A DNA stretch of 64,000 nt from Octopus bimaculoides. Its lineage: Eukaryota. A program made the position numbers and the translations under genes. The stretch covers positions 99,117,683 to 99,181,682 of the forward strand of contig NC_068983.1 of NCBI RefSeq assembly GCF_001194135.2, written 5' to 3'. A model generated the notes under the pieces. It did not search any database. It worked only from the letters and a program-made list of their open reading frames with translations, and had not been told where the DNA came from. Positions 13,391 to 27,488 of this stretch are shown here, one piece after another; the first letter of the stretch is position 1; every line of letters starts with the position of its first letter.

Positions 13391-16300
13391 TGATGTCCGA
13401 AAACTATGAACAGTACCTTTCTATGCTCTCTTAGACCGATGAGGGCAGCTTGAATTTCAATAGATCGATGTCTGTCAGAAAACGTCGACAGAATGAATCC
13501 ACAAGTTAGCCCACACCTAATCGCTCGACGAGTAAGAAACAGTATCCAAATCTCCCTCTAATCACAGTGAACAACGAATTTACTGATATTGCGAATAGCC
13601 ACCAGGCTGAATAAAAATCCGTTGTACGCAAGTGAGGCAGAATTAAATTAAAATAGCCTGTCAACGGTGTATATGCATTAAGTATGATACATAGATGGCT
13701 ATTTCAATACTTCTTCGATTGCGTATACTGGATTTTTCTTCTGCCTGGCCGCTATTCGCAAAATTAGTGAATGTGTTGTTCAGTTTTCATATGTACGATA
13801 GGTGAGAAATTTCGTCCCTGGGAATACAAGTCATTGATAAGGCGCAAAAGGACCAAAATACATCTGACGTTCACAGTTGCTGTTGCTGGAATGATGTTTC
13901 GTCTTCCATCAATATATATTGTGTTTTTAACACAGCACGTCTTTGAGAGATTTTTGTCTCGGACGAAAAACTCAAACGCCTTACTTGTCGGCAGTGTATG
14001 TACATTGTGATACATGGATAGCTATCAATTGAATGTATTAGTTTAAATTTATCATTTATGTGATAGTACACGTCTTACAGCTTATTTCATCACTGAAACT
14101 GAAATTTCCCGCATCTGAAAAGAAATGCTATATAGATGTTGGGATAATAATGTTTTATCAACCGCAAACGATCATCAATTACCAATGAATTTAACTCTTC
14201 CCCTTGGAAAGTTGTTTTTTAAGTTGTTCTAATTCTCTTCCTTTACTTTTTAATTATTCGATCAACTTCGATAGCTTCACATTTGAAATCTTCACTCCAA
14301 CAAACTGATAAATTAAGGACATTCATCAGATTTAACACAATCTGCGACTATAGCTCTCTTCTTTACTTTTTCAAAACTTTTCTCTCAGACATATATTGCC
14401 CAGTTCTTGTTAAAAGCGTAAATTTATCCTTCCGGGATGTATTTTATTGTCAGTTTGAAAGATCAAATAATTTTATTTTGACTTCTAGGTAAAGCACGAT
14501 CTAACTGAATAACCGAAGTTTCTTTCGTGGATGTTCTGTCATGGATCTTTCATATGAAATAATTTGCATTCCCTAAACATTCCTAAGGTATTTATGATTG
14601 GTCATTTATGAGTAACATTGCTGTTCGGGATTTACAAATAACTACTCAGATTACTTCTGTATCTCTGTCTGCAATGTTTAAATGCAATGGATTACGGGAT
14701 TAGTTTTATTGAGTTTTTAATCTAGATATGACAGATATTTGCTTGCGGTTGTTCATCTATACTATAATTTCATAATAAACCAACGGTAAAAAGGTAAACA
14801 AAGCGTGAGTGGTGCTTCTTAACGTATAACTTGTGGGGTAAGATCACGGTTTAGTGCTGGGATAGTTTTGCTTCAATCGTTAAATGTGTAATTTTACACA
14901 TCACTTCGATTTTTCTCACTTTCAATACACAGATAACGAACACCAAACACATGAAACATTGGATTTCATCCTGTGATATAAAACTTTAGTAATTGGATAA
15001 TTAATTGGGGTTTTTTCTTCTTTCTTTTATTCTTTTAACTAAATTCCATGAAAACTCTTTCTAGCAAACATAATGAATGTATTGTTGAAATATGGATATT
15101 AGTATAAATACATTTATATTCCATAAGGGTACAAACAGCTGATCAGTCATTTTACATGTTGATTTATGAAACACAAGAATAACTCGAACATTCTCAACCG
15201 ACAATCAGAACGAAATTCTTGACAGCACTATCATTATTATGAATGAATTAACTGTGAAGAATTTTAAAGTAAAAGCTATAGATACATGGTTCGATTTCAG
15301 TCAGTTGCGTTGCATTTATCCGTTTCAGAACGGTGATTTTAAGTAATATCATTTTAACTATATTCTTCCGAAAATTGACCGTTCATTCCCGTTTTGGAAT
15401 TAATCACATGTAATCACAGTAGATAAATGTTTAAAGCACATTAATCATATATAAACCAGATGAATAAATACGCAGATTATTCATTCAGACATGATACAAA
15501 CACACTTTACAAGCACACTTTATAAAGCTTTAAAATCATTCAAAATCATTATATAATCAGAATTGTTCATTTCGTTACCGAGTATATTGTTTCACAAAAT
15601 TTACCTCAGGACCTGAAATTATGGAGGGGGTAGTGTCATAGTCTTTTGCATTGACTTAATATTTGACACTGGAAGGACAAAACCTAAAGTTTATCTTTGC
15701 ATGATTTGAACTCAGATCGTAAAGGGCCGTAAGTAAATACCACCATGACAGGGGGTAAAAGATCAATACTTCCAGAGTAGCTTGATGTAGAAGTCAGAAA
15801 GCAGTTTTGTAAATATAACCTGCCTTTGTCTGATATTACAATTGTTCCACAACAAGCCTCAGTTTGTTTTCTTTTCAATATAACTTTGACATTCAATAAG
15901 CAACGCCCTTGCTTGGTTAGCACGCATCGTGCTTCTCATCCTATTCAGTAAGCAAGTAAGCAAAATAGGTTTCTGCATAACATTTATACAGCATGAAAGC
16001 TGCAAGTTGCTTTCATTCGTTCAAATGACTATACAATAGAAAAATTGCTTTGGTTACTGGTAGAAAAGGAAATCTATAAGGTAAAACCTATGCAGATGAA
16101 TAAAATAATATTAGATTAATTTTAGTAAAGAACTACTATTCGGTCCCTTGTTACGTATGGAAATCTTGAGCTGACCCTTTATTTAAACCTAATTCTATGG
16201 TATAAAGTTGCAGTTATAGTGTTTAAGTCACAAACAAATAATCAAATATTCATTCATTGTAAATGATAGCGAAAACAGTTTACACCAGAGACACGTTGTT

Positions 16301-16839
16301 TTAGAGATTTAACTATTACCAGTTAATCTAATCTCGAGGAATCTTATTAAGACGATTTAACATAAATTTCTGATCCTATTATTTGAATTTCACGTTTCCC
16401 TCAAGTGGATAAGTGACAGCTACCAGTTGCAAACTGAAAGTGATCATTATAAAAATACAATCCAATACCGATACAACATCGGCTTTCCGAACACTGATGG
16501 TCCAGAGCCTCTTATAATCAAGTTTTTCACGAAGAACTTAAAATTCCTGCGGCCACTAGACTAGTTTACTGATACCTTGCACCGATTAGTACTATGTACA
16601 ATATAATATTAATAAACCTTTATCATTTATGCTAATGTACTGTTACCTGTATTTCATTTAATTATTTAGGTAAATTTAATATTTGTGTCATCCAAGGTGC
16701 CCCTACCCTGACTCGGAAAAATCAGTCATCTGGAAAGGCTTTGGAATTTTGTTCTGGTAAATGTACCTGTATTGTTTTTATCTAAATATCTGTATTACGA
16801 TTTCTAATGAATATAATATAACTTTCCGCATATTTACTG

Positions 16840-17640
16840 GCTCCAAAGTTTTGTAAAGGACTGTGTGATGCGAGATAACGAGAGTTGATGTTGGACAACA
16901 CACGGTCCTTACAATATATGTAAGATGGAATGCGTCATGTGTGCAGGGAGAAAAGAGAGAGACACAACAGCATAGAATGCTTATGAAAGATTTATTGATA
17001 TATTCGTGTTTGTGTGTGTGTGAGCATCGGTGTATGCGTGTGCGTTGTACCTATATAGCAATGAAAACGAAGACAGGGAAAGAGTCTATAATGAGAAATT
17101 AGATGTTCAGGAATACAATAATGAGAATACCAGTTCGTGATCAACTGTACACGGGTTGTTGCGATGCTGTATCAAGACGTTGTGACAGTAATGCGGAGCC
17201 GGTTGCGGTACGTGTCGTACGTGAACTTGTGGCTGTGATGCTGAGCCGGTCACTTGATACAGGAGTCCTCGCAGGTAGTATATTCACCGTTAATCCGTGG
17301 AGCTTACTCACAAACGGTGAACTGAAGCGTTGAAACCTGGGCGAGTTGTTTGTTGTGCTGTGTACGTAGAGAGATGATGTTGACTACGTTGGTGAGAGAC
17401 ATAATGGTGGCGATGAAGATGGAAATCGCTGGAACTGGCTGTCTTGTGTGGTCAGTGGCTAGACTTTAAATTGTCTGAACCAAAAGTCCTTGAGACGAGG
17501 AGAAGTTAACTTTTTATAGGGAGCAGTCGGCTCAAACTGGGGTTGAGAACAAACTGTCTCGCGTAATTTATTTGGACGCTGCGATTGGTTATATCCTGCA
17601 ATTGACGCGACAGAGTAAGAGACAAATTGCGCTAATACCA
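16840..17640 (-). mobile_element. Diverged inverted relative of the 18890-19920 LTR-like element
   Basis: Shared order of CCAAT/TATA, ACCACACA(A)GA...CAGCCAGTT and TTGTGTCTC blocks. Confidence 0.5.
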
Positions 17641-17649
17641 ACCAGTAAG

Positions 17650-18830
17650 AATGGTGGACACAACGGTGTCCAAATGGCGGCCAAAGGTTAGATGGTTAGT
17701 CTCGAAATGATATTTGTCAATAGCTAAAAGTATTTCCCCCCTCCCTGTATAATATTTTCTAGTTGACTTTTTGATGTTCTTTGCATTAAATAGATTAACA
17801 CTAATGTAATTTAGAATTGTTTCATTTTCCAATACCTTCATTAGAATTAAACGGGAATTAATTTCATTCAGACACCGTAAACTTGATAACATCATTCCTC
17901 AATTCATAAGTGTACAGTATTTCTTATGAAATTGAAGGCTAAAGTGTCAAAAATAAAGGTTGTCGACTTCACAAAACTAGTGCATTCGCTGAATATAATT
18001 TCAGTATATATGACCTTTAAAAAGACACATACAATAATGAAGATTCGGTTTGTATGTTTGTACTTTCGTTTCCATATGTCTCTTATTGAGATTCATACTT
18101 TTCTTAACTATAATGAAGCGAAAAGTCAGTTAAAATAATGATATTTATGTACAAACCACGGCAGCCATTCGTATTTTAAAATATTTGTTGGTTTCACAAA
18201 TACATTGTATCAAATAATATTCGTCCTATTTCCCGTTCATATGCGTCACTCCCCTATTTTATTTTATTCTGCACAGTGGGAATTAATCATTGCTTTAAGA
18301 AATATTTTCGTTGGCGTAAACTGTCATATATGTTTTATGTAAGTGTTATATTAAGGGTGGCCACCATTTAACATTCCATGTGTCATTTTTTCAAGCCCGA
18401 ATTCAGATGTATCCATATTCAGTTTTTATATAAAGATGTCGTTAAAGTAGATAAATTTAGCATTTTTGTATGATATAATGATTTAATATCAAAGCTTCGG
18501 TTTTTATGACCAGCGTCAAAGTAATTTCATAGGACGCTTCAGTATTGCCAGACTTTCACGGCTTCTTTCAATAGATCTATTGTCTCTTCTTATTATTTCT
18601 TTCACTCTTAATCACGCATTCTTTAACCACTGCCTTTAGACTTTCTTCAGTTTTGTCTATGTTATATAGTGTCTGTTAAGATTAAGTCTTCTATCATGTA
18701 AGAAACTATTTTCACAAAGTATGCACGAGAGTTTTTCTGAAGGATCTGCTTTGTATAAAGTGTAATTTCTTTTACTGTTCATTGAATTCACGCTTACTTT
18801 CACTTTCTATTTTTATTTTGTTCGTTTTCT
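17650..18830 (-). pseudogene. Degraded hAT transposase (GTF2IRD2/Buster/Charlie-like)
   Basis: Manual translation gives KLSCILCENSFLHDRRLNLNRHY (zinc finger, cf. CLIC...NLxRHY), TEASYEITL (cf. TEASYxVA) and LAIDK (cf. SLAxDE); multiple stops and frameshifts. Confidence 0.6.
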
Positions 18831-18889
18831 GTTGCATTATAATGCTTTTGTAGAGAAACCTCTCTCTCGTGTATTTATTTACAAATAAT

Positions 18890-19920
18890 AACGTAGCGGC
18901 TAACATCTAGCCTTCGGCCGCTTGGACCCTTCTGTCCACCACCCTGATTGGCTCTTATATGCGCAGCATTTGTCAACAGTTCTGTTACGCGCCAGGGTGC
19001 ATATCAACCAATCGTGGCCTTCTGTTAAGGTCACGTGAGAGAGAGTTTTCCGGCTGTTTTGTGAGCCCGTTTTTATCTATAAATAAGCCTGTTTCATCTA
19101 CGCCAGTTTGTCTCGGCTTTAGACCTCTCAAAGGTCTAGTCGTAGACCACCACACAGAACACAGCTCCAGCCAGTTTCCAGCGACGACGTCAACACCACC
19201 GATCTACTGTCCACTACAGTCCCGTCGCCAGCGCTAACACCATCGCCAGCGTACACACTACCAACAGCAACCGCGGTTCCTTCTCAACACTGTTTGTGTG
19301 GATTGTTTCCACCTCGAAAATAACAGCCAGAACACCCTGCGAGAATCTTCTGTACCAAGTAACCGGTCGCAGCATCGACGCTCAACTTCACATACAACAT
19401 GTGACACCTCAGCTCTGCTGTTCGACCACAACGTCTTGTGTACAGACATTCTACCTACTGTGTAACTCTTTTATGAAGTGGTATTTTCTTATCTCTGTGT
19501 TCAGGACTTTTATAGTCTGTTACAGACACTTATTCTATGTTCTGTATTTCTCATTCACACACACACACATATTATTGTATACACACACTTGTACACGAAG
19601 GTCTGTCTTATGTATTGTTTATATTGCCGCATGCACGCACACACAGAGACACAGTTCACTATGCTAATAAACTTACTCTCTATATATATCAAACGGTTGT
19701 GTCTCGTCACTCTCTTTCCTTTGCTGGCATTTGCTCGCATCTCACCTGTGAGCCCTCCTATGTTATATTACATGTTTTTGTGTCGACCGTGCGACACGTT
19801 AAAAGGAGCCTGTTTCCACACGTCGCCAATTCTCCTTTGGTTCGCACGGTCGTTTATTTACACTTTCAAACAACGTGCGAACCCACAACTGTTTACAAAG
19901 GACGGACAAAGGGCAATTCT
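18890..19920 (+). mobile_element. ~1 kb LTR-like element with CCAAT boxes, CACGTG and TATA
   Basis: CpG-rich block homologous to the inverted copy at 16840-17640; boundaries approximate, no TSD recognised. Confidence 0.55.
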
Positions 19921-20389
19921 GTAATGTAGGCATGTTATCGACTAGTAAAATGCTGCGATAGACCGGCTCTAGTTGCCATCTCAGGATCAAACAAGTATCA
20001 AATATCTATTGCGCACTTATGAACGAGTGCTCAATGTGCCGTCATTCAATTGTCTCTATCTTGTGTTAAAAGGAGCTTTGCTCATTTTTAATTTCTTCTG
20101 ATACTAAACAGCTTTATCCTAGTCACACAGACTATTTCTGATGATTGTGTTGTTCTCTCGCTTTAGTTAAGAGCATCTCTCTATTTCGAATGAGTAGGTC
20201 TGATCCACAGATCCAGTTTAAGATATTTCATACCTCCACTTCGTGAATGATTACACAGGATCATCAACTAGGGTATGTGAAGTACTCTGGGTAAATTGTT
20301 TTTCTTTCGCTGTCTACTCTGCTTACATATACCAGTAGATTCTGACAGTAGCCAGAAAAGAGTTGGACTCTGTCGGAGTGCAAGAGAGG

Positions 20390-20724
20390 CTTTTAGGAAA
20401 GTGGTTATACACCATTAGGTGTACACCTGCTCTCCTATATTAAATTCGGAATAAACACAATGAAATGCGACTCTGAACTATCAACACAACAATATTTATT
20501 CATGGAGTAAAATAGGCATGGTTGCTGAGACGTCTGAATGTTGTTGTGAGCTGTCCCCAGAGTTGGAATGTTGGAGAGACAGCTTGATACGACCACGCTC
20601 ATGTGAGAGAGCTCTGGGCTGGGCGTCCGACCTCTCCGCCGGCCGGCGAGAAAAGTGAACGAACAAGGGCGCCAAACTTGGATATTGATGACTACGCATG
20701 CGCACGAGACAAGGCGTTACTACA
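20390..20724 (-). mobile_element. Solo/partial LTR of the same family as 21516-21940 and 28786-29070
   Basis: 20490-20615 closely matches 28900-29025; begins TGTAGTAACG on the minus strand. Confidence 0.7.
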
Positions 20725-21330
20725 GGCTGCTTCTGTTCACTTAACGTCAGCAGGGTGAATCCCACAACAGTGTTGGAAATTAATCCGGTATAAATTAAAA
20801 TCGCATTAAAGGTCGTGCTCATGCAACACCTTCCTTAGTGACTTTTCTATTTTGTTTGTAATGTATCTGCTAAATGCCTTTAGTGGAAGTCATTCTGTTG
20901 ACAGCATTATGTTTAGGTCAGTGATCTGAGAACAGCTTACTTCTCTCTTCCCATCAATCTCAAAGGTTGCGATATCGATCATGAACACAGCCTTTCCTAC
21001 AGTAACAAAATCATATTTTTTTTATTTTATTTTATTTTTAATGTCACGAAAAGTCAGTATTTGATCGGTCAGTGAGTTCGTGGAGACAATAAACTCTACA
21101 GTTGACTGGTTCAGGCCGAAATAAGATATGCATTTAGATATCATTTAAATCTTTTCAGGATTAATTTTCAAGCTAAATTTCTTAAGGCATTTTGAAAATA
21201 ATTAAACGATTGTGAGCATGGAAATGTTTAGTTACTGATTCTAGATACGGGCATAAAAAAAAGAGTAAAAGAGAATGTTTAGAGAGATAGTGATAATGCC
21301 TAGTCTACCTTTTCGTTCTTTCTTGTAGAC

Positions 21331-22385
21331 CAGTGGTTTTCAACCATTTTTTACCCAACATCTTCGTTGATGGACCACCATAGCTATTTGTTGTTTAAAA
21401 AGTAATTTTATAGAAATTTCTTTCAAAATCCTTTTATCTTTTTTACACAATAACTTATGAAATAAATGATGTAAGACGTTAGAGAAAGAAACCAAACTGT
21501 TCTTTTTAATAAATATGTAGTGACGTCATATGGCGCCAAAAAGGCATAGTCGCCATTACTACATCTTTAACCACGCATGCGTGGATTTCAACATCCAAGC
21601 GTTCCCGCTTCTATTCTGTCTCTTTACCACGCCAGACAGCGACCAAGCAAGACGTCTCAACAAGCTCTCTCATTGAGTGTGGTTGAACCAAGTTGTCTCT
21701 CCAACGATTCAACTCTAGGGACAGTACATCTACATTCAGACGTCTCAGTAACACAGACTTTCCCACACAGGAGGCTACTCAGAAACCGGACAATTGGAGG
21801 CTGTTCATTTTACCTCTTTAAATAAATATTGTTGTTGTTGATCAGTTTGGAGTTCTGCGTTCCGTTCAATTCCTAATTTAATATAGGAAAGTCAGGTGTA
21901 CATCTAATGATGTATAACCCACTTTCCTAAAAATACATCTAAAGTAAAAAAATTTTCATAGATCCTTAATATATTACTGTGTCTCCAATTTACTAGCATG
22001 AACGGCCAAGCGAACACGTGGGTTTGTTTACATCAATTCGGCAGTTTCCGTAAGGGAAGTGGGAAAGGACGCGAAAGAGATAGAGAGCCCGATTTCTTTT
22101 GATGTTGGTATGCTAAGAGTTGCTGTGGTAAGTAGCAAACAACAAGGAAAAAGAAAAATAGCAAACATAAACACACATGCCAGTTATCTCTCACCTTATC
22201 TCTCTCTATTTCTTTCTCTCTTTCTCACACACACACATGCCGCTTTCTCACATTAACAAAGGAACTTCACATACACATCACACTTTCTGTCTCGCATACT
22301 CACTATAAAAAGATCTCTATTTCTTTTGAAGTTGGCATGTGTGTGTGTGTGTAATGTTGCATGAATCCCACATTGAGAACCACTG
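21331..22385. mobile_element. Non-autonomous hAT element (~0.6 kb plus inserted solo LTR)
   Basis: TIRs CAGTGGTTTTCAA / TTGAGAACCACTG; 8-bp TSD TTGTAGAC / CTGTAGAC (one mismatch). Confidence 0.8.
21516..21940 (+). mobile_element. Solo LTR related to the nested element (starts TGTAGTGACGTCATATGGCGCCAAAA)
   Basis: Start nearly identical to the reverse complement of 31627-31652; internal similarity to 28900-29030 and 20390-20620; right boundary approximate, no TSD recognised. Confidence 0.7.
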
Positions 22386-22755
22386 CTGTAGACCAATGTT
22401 GGGCGCCAAACTTTCCTGAACCTTCTACGTGAAATATATTTCCTTAATCGCTCCCGAGACTTAGAGCTTGTGTAAACGTTTCCAGTAGCTCATGTTTTTG
22501 ACACAAGCTATCTGCTTAATAAAAGATAATTGTACACATAACATCTTGAGCTATTAGGAAACTAGAGTTGTGACTCAGTCTAAATTAATTCCGTTCCGAT
22601 AGTACAGAAAAGAATAATTGATATACCAAGTATTCTTTTATATCATGACTAATCTTTCCAACAAATCGGTTGGATGATCGATTATACGATCAATAAAATC
22701 CAGTATAACCGAAATTCAAATTTCTGTTGAAGCTTCTTCTGTGAATGAAAAAATG

Positions 22756-23239
22756 TATAATGGGACTCGAAGGTTCATGATACTTGCGGAGTATCTCCTT
22801 CTCCCATTAAAATTATTTTCTGAAGTCTTAGGATCTGGAACTCGAAAGAAGAAGCTTACAAGCGGATGCAATTCAATGGTTGTTTATTTAGTTCTCATTC
22901 ATGAGGTTCACTCCCGACGACCATCTGTATGGCAACGCTTGGTTCGTTATAGCTCCGTTCACGTGAGGTACATTGCCTCTGGAGATAACGGGTGAAGTTA
23001 GAGCAGGACCAGAATCTGCTGTGAGCTGCCAGTTTGCAGTGTTGCTCAGCGTGAGCGAAAACGCAAGAGAGAGGGTTTCCTTTACGCCTCCTTAAATAGA
23101 TGTTGCCCACGAGAGCCTTGCTGTGGCCTCGCTCATGGCAACATGATTGTAGGCGAGATCTCGCTCTTGTCTCGGACATGGCAATGGCCGCCGGCGAGAT
23201 CTCGTGCAAAATGGCGCTGGCTTCTTGTGTCTCGCTACA
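22756..23239 (-). repeat. 3' LTR of host Gypsy element (484 bp, TGTAG...ATTATA)
   Basis: Matches 28659-28785 plus 31657-31951; preceded on the minus strand by TCAGGGGTGAGCCC (PPT-like). Confidence 0.9.
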
Positions 23240-23498
23240 GGGCTCACCCCTGAGAACGCCAGTGCGAAATTAGAATGACTGGAGCAGGCACAAGAAAGCA
23301 AAGATGGCCACCGATCACAAACAACAAGATATGGTACAAAATGTAATACAAAATGTGAAATTGAGAAAAAATAATCACAAACAATATAAAAGGAGCATGC
23401 ACAAAATAATATTTTTACAAAGTTCAATGGCAAGGTATTGGTATTGCTCAGCACACGAGAAACAATTGTCTGTCACAGGAAGAAAAAAGAAAAAAAGG

Positions 23499-26400
23499 TT
23501 AGATGTAAATAGTTCTAGTGAGTTTTTGGGGCCAATGCACAATGCGGCCTGACCTGGTGACATAGGGTTTGTTCGTGTTAGGTAGTGGCAACGAAGGTGG
23601 AGGTGTAGGTGATGGTGTGGTCAAAGGTGTATGTGCAGGTGGATGTGTAGGTGGTTGTAAAGAATCAAAGGTGGGCGTGGTTGGGGTGTCATCGATGGGT
23701 GTGGACATCTCAAAATGTGCCTTTTAAATCTGTCGACCGACACGGTCTCTGCCCGACCATTGATGTCAAGACTAAAAGCTTTGGGTGTGCGTGATAGCAC
23801 ACGAAATGGTCCCTTATAAGGAGAAATGAGAGGTCCCTTGACAGAATCATCCCAAACAAAAACATGAGTCCATTTGTCAATGTCCGGTGGGACGTAAGAG
23901 GGAATAGACTGGTCACGCGGATGCATGGGTGGGAGATTTGAGAAATACGAGCAAAGTCTGGTGACATACGACGGTGGATCAGGATGCGATGAATTGTCTG
24001 GCACCAACATTGTACCAGGGAGTGCCAGGATGGTACCGTAAAGAAGTTCAGCAGAGGAGAAACCTATGTCTGTTTTAACAGCAGTGCGACAACCAAGAAG
24101 AACGATAGGCAGGAATTCTGTCCAAGACTGTGGATCAGGAATGGCGCGTAGAGCAGCCTTCAGTTGCCTGTGAAAACGTTCGACCATCTCGTTGGATGCT
24201 GGATGGTAGCTGGTCGTACGAATGTGATGAATGCCTAGGATACGCAAACAATTCACGAAATAAGGAGGCTTCGAACTGGCGTCCACGATCAGTGGTTATT
24301 TTAGCTGGGACGCCAAAGCGAGCAATCCAGTTAGAAACGAAAGCTCAAGCAACTGACTCAGGAAAAGTGTCCACTATTGGAATGGCTTCAGGTCAACGAG
24401 AGAAACGATCGACGCATGTCAATATGTAAGAGAAACCGCGACTGACAGGCCATGGTCCAACCAGATCAATGTGGACATGGTGAAAGCGAGTCTCCAGCGG
24501 AGAAAACTGTCCAAGAGTAGCGCGAATGTGCCTGTGGACTTTAGAACGCTGGCATTTCACACAAGAGCGTGCCCAAGCGGTGATCATGCGGCGCATATTA
24601 GGCCAGAAAAACCGAGCCGTAATAAGCTTCACCGAGGCAGCGATGCCAGGATGTGACAGTGAATGCAAGGCATCGAAAACAGAACGCTGGTGGGTCGCAG
24701 GTACAAATGGTCTGGGAGGACCAGTAGCTGTGTCACAAAGGATTGTGCCTTCAGCAGACGGAAGTGGAAGATAGGCAAACTTGCAACAGGACAGCTTGGT
24801 GTCCAGAGCTGGCTGATCCTGCGCAATGGCAGTTAAATCGATTGCAGCAGGAGTTGAAAGAGAACATACAGGGAGACGAGAGAGTGCGTCAGCAGGCATG
24901 TTCTCTATTCCAGGTATATGTTGAGTGTCACTCGTGAACTGGGAAATGTAGTCCAGGTGACGAAAAGCACGAGGTGAGTGTTTGTTCGATTTAGATGACA
25001 GCAAACGTAAGAGGCTTGTGATCAGTATAAATCACAAAATCTCGGCCCTCGAGTTGATGTTGAACAAACGTACTGTAACGACGCTCAGCTGGCTGTAATT
25101 GACGAGAAAAAATGCCAAAGACCGAGTTTTATTGTCGACGGTATGTTGCAAAACAGCACGAACCGCAGAATCCGATGCATCAACTGTTAAAGAGAGACGA
25201 GCATCAGGAGCCGAATGTGCAAGCAAAGGAACAGAAGCTATTTCCTTCTTAATTGATTCAAAAGAAGATAATACCTCGGCAGATAGAGTGATAGGAGATT
25301 TTTTTTTTTTTTTTTTTGTATTTGCTTTCAGTAGTTGAGTTAATGGAAGTAACTTGTCTGCCCATTTATGTATGAATCTTCTATAGAAGTTGACGGTTCC
25401 CAAAAAGTGACGCAATTGGGAGGTGAGATACGTTGAATCGCATCGACTTGGGAGGAGAGTGGTCGGATACCATTAGAATCGATATAATGACCTAGAATTC
25501 CAGAGAGGCCTGTCCGAAAACACACTTATCGGGGTTGATTCGTACATTGTAGGTGCGAAGACGCTGAAAAAGTTGAGATAAGTGTTGGAGATGATTTTTT
25601 ACGCGTGTCGCTAGCTATGAGCAAATCGTTGACGTAAGCGAACACAAAGTCAAATCCACGGACAACTTCATAGATAAACATCTGGAATATGCTCGTTGCA
25701 TTCCGCAAGCCGAAGCTCATAAAAAGGAACTCGAAACTTCCAAAGAGGGTGGTAACGGCAGTTTTGGGAATGTTGTCAGGGTTCATTGGAATCTGATGAT
25801 AAGCTCGGACGCGGTCAACCTTGGAAAAATGGTACAACCATGCAAATTCGAAGAAAAATCTAGAATATTCCTTATCGGATAGCGATCGGGAACAGTGACC
25901 GCATTTAATCGTCTGTAATCCACTACCGGGCGAAAGTCTGAATCCCCTTCCCGTGCCAAATGTAGAGGAGATGCCCAAGGGCTGGTGGAAGGGCGAATAA
26001 GGCCGAGTTGAAACATATGTTCAAACTCAGAACGAACCTTTTTGAGCCGATCAGGAGCGAGTCGCCGTGGACGCGAAAAAACGGGTGGTCCAGAAGTAGT
26101 GATATAATGGCGAGTCGAGAGTGTGACTTTTACTGATTTGAAAGTCGGATCCACTAGCTCTGAGAAAGAAGCCAAAAGGGAGTGGAACTGGTCACCAGCG
26201 GTGGCGACAAAAAAACGACGGACTGAAAACAGCATTGGTAGTAACGCGAGTAGGCATAAACAAATACGTAGAATCGTCCAGGAGTCTCTGTCGCCTAACA
26301 TCTATTAATAAATGAAAATGGTTTAAGAAGTCCACGCCCAGAATGGGATGTGGTAGACCTGCTATAACAAAAACCCACCTGAAATCCCTTCGAAGGTTGA

Positions 26401-26641
26401 GATCTAGGTGTAATGAGACCTGACCGTAAGTTTTTATCGGGGATAGATTAACCGCGTGCAGGTTGATGGCAGATTGCTTCGGCTTATCTGAAGTAAAACG
26501 CAAAGGCCAAATAGAACAGCTGGATCCAGTGTCAACCATGAATGATTTGTCAGACACACGATCCTTAACAAAGAATGCACGATTAGATGAAAATTTGCGG
26601 GAAGAATCTGACGTGCTCAAATCTTCCGTAACTAGTTTCCC
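23499..26641 (-). pseudogene. Gypsy pol (protease, RT, RNase H, integrase), disrupted
   Basis: VDTGSS protease; [12 protein letters not shown] and DYRRLN..VPDRYP; FGLRNA and AYVNDLLI RT; LTVDASDSAV RNase H; [41 protein letters not shown] integrase; C-terminal VTRSGR. Confidence 0.95.
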
Positions 26642-27396
26642 GACAACTTGAACGAACAGGGTTGGATGCAATAACGGGCTTTCTCCCTGAAAGTGGCATG
26701 GTACCAGCAGAAATTGGAAACCGTTGGAGTAGACCTAGTCGACTGTGACTTAGAACGGCTTCTGCTGCGAGGACGACGAGAGCTGGCGTGTTCTCACCAC
26801 AATGTGTCCATGCGACGTGCCAGTGCATCGACTCTCTCCAAAATGTCATCATGTGACGAGGAGAAGTCTTAGTGGTAGTAGAGGAAGCTACCACGGTGTC
26901 AGAACAGGTATTATGAGGTGCAGGCTGCACAGTGAACTCAATAATTTGGTCCGCCACGGTGGCTAAGTGGTCGAGCGAATTCGAGTCGACCGCGGTGGCC
27001 AGTATGGATTGAACATTCGGCGATAGCCGTGAGAAAGATAATTTTCGGAGCAGAGAATTATCCTCTAGCGGTGTGTCGCTGAGTTCACGTAAACGACGAA
27101 GAAACTCAGATGGCATCCTGTCTCCCAGATGCTCATCCTGCATCAGTGTCTGGAATTTGCATTGACGGATTGAGTGTTCCGTTGGAGAACTCGGATTTAA
27201 CAGACGCATAAATCGCGTCCAGATGTGGATCAGTGATAATATCTTTCACTGAGCGCGTAAGAGGGGCAAGCATCCCACAGTACAATAGACTTAGTTGCTG
27301 TTGGTGAGGCACCGCATGGGCCGAAAAATAGGCGTCCAACTGGGCGAACCAAAGCGTGACGTCACCAGAGTACGCTGGTAAGTGGTGAAGACTCAT
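26632..27396 (-). pseudogene. Gypsy gag, frameshifted, with CHCC knuckle CWYHATFREKARYCIQPC
   Basis: N-terminal LPAYSGDVTLWFAQLD; MPSEFLRRLREL; C-X2-H-X9-C-X3-C read manually at ~26657-26710; TAG at 26634-26632. Confidence 0.88.
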
Positions 27397-27488
27397 TTTT
27401 TTCTTTACAGAGGAGAGAGAAGAAAAGGACCAAAGAACCGACAAAGTATTGCTGGAACAGTAACGTATATGCAAAAAAAAAAATACTT

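Noticed and set aside
14170-14770. NYSIDEQ suggests a piggyBac transposase remnant
   Set aside because: It is a single short motif; the surrounding frames are full of stops with no further recognisable motifs.
20138-20203. Possible C/D snoRNA (CTGATGA...CTGA)
   Set aside because: The C box is non-consensus at its first position, there is no terminal stem or clear C'/D' boxes, and it lies among LTR debris with no known host gene.
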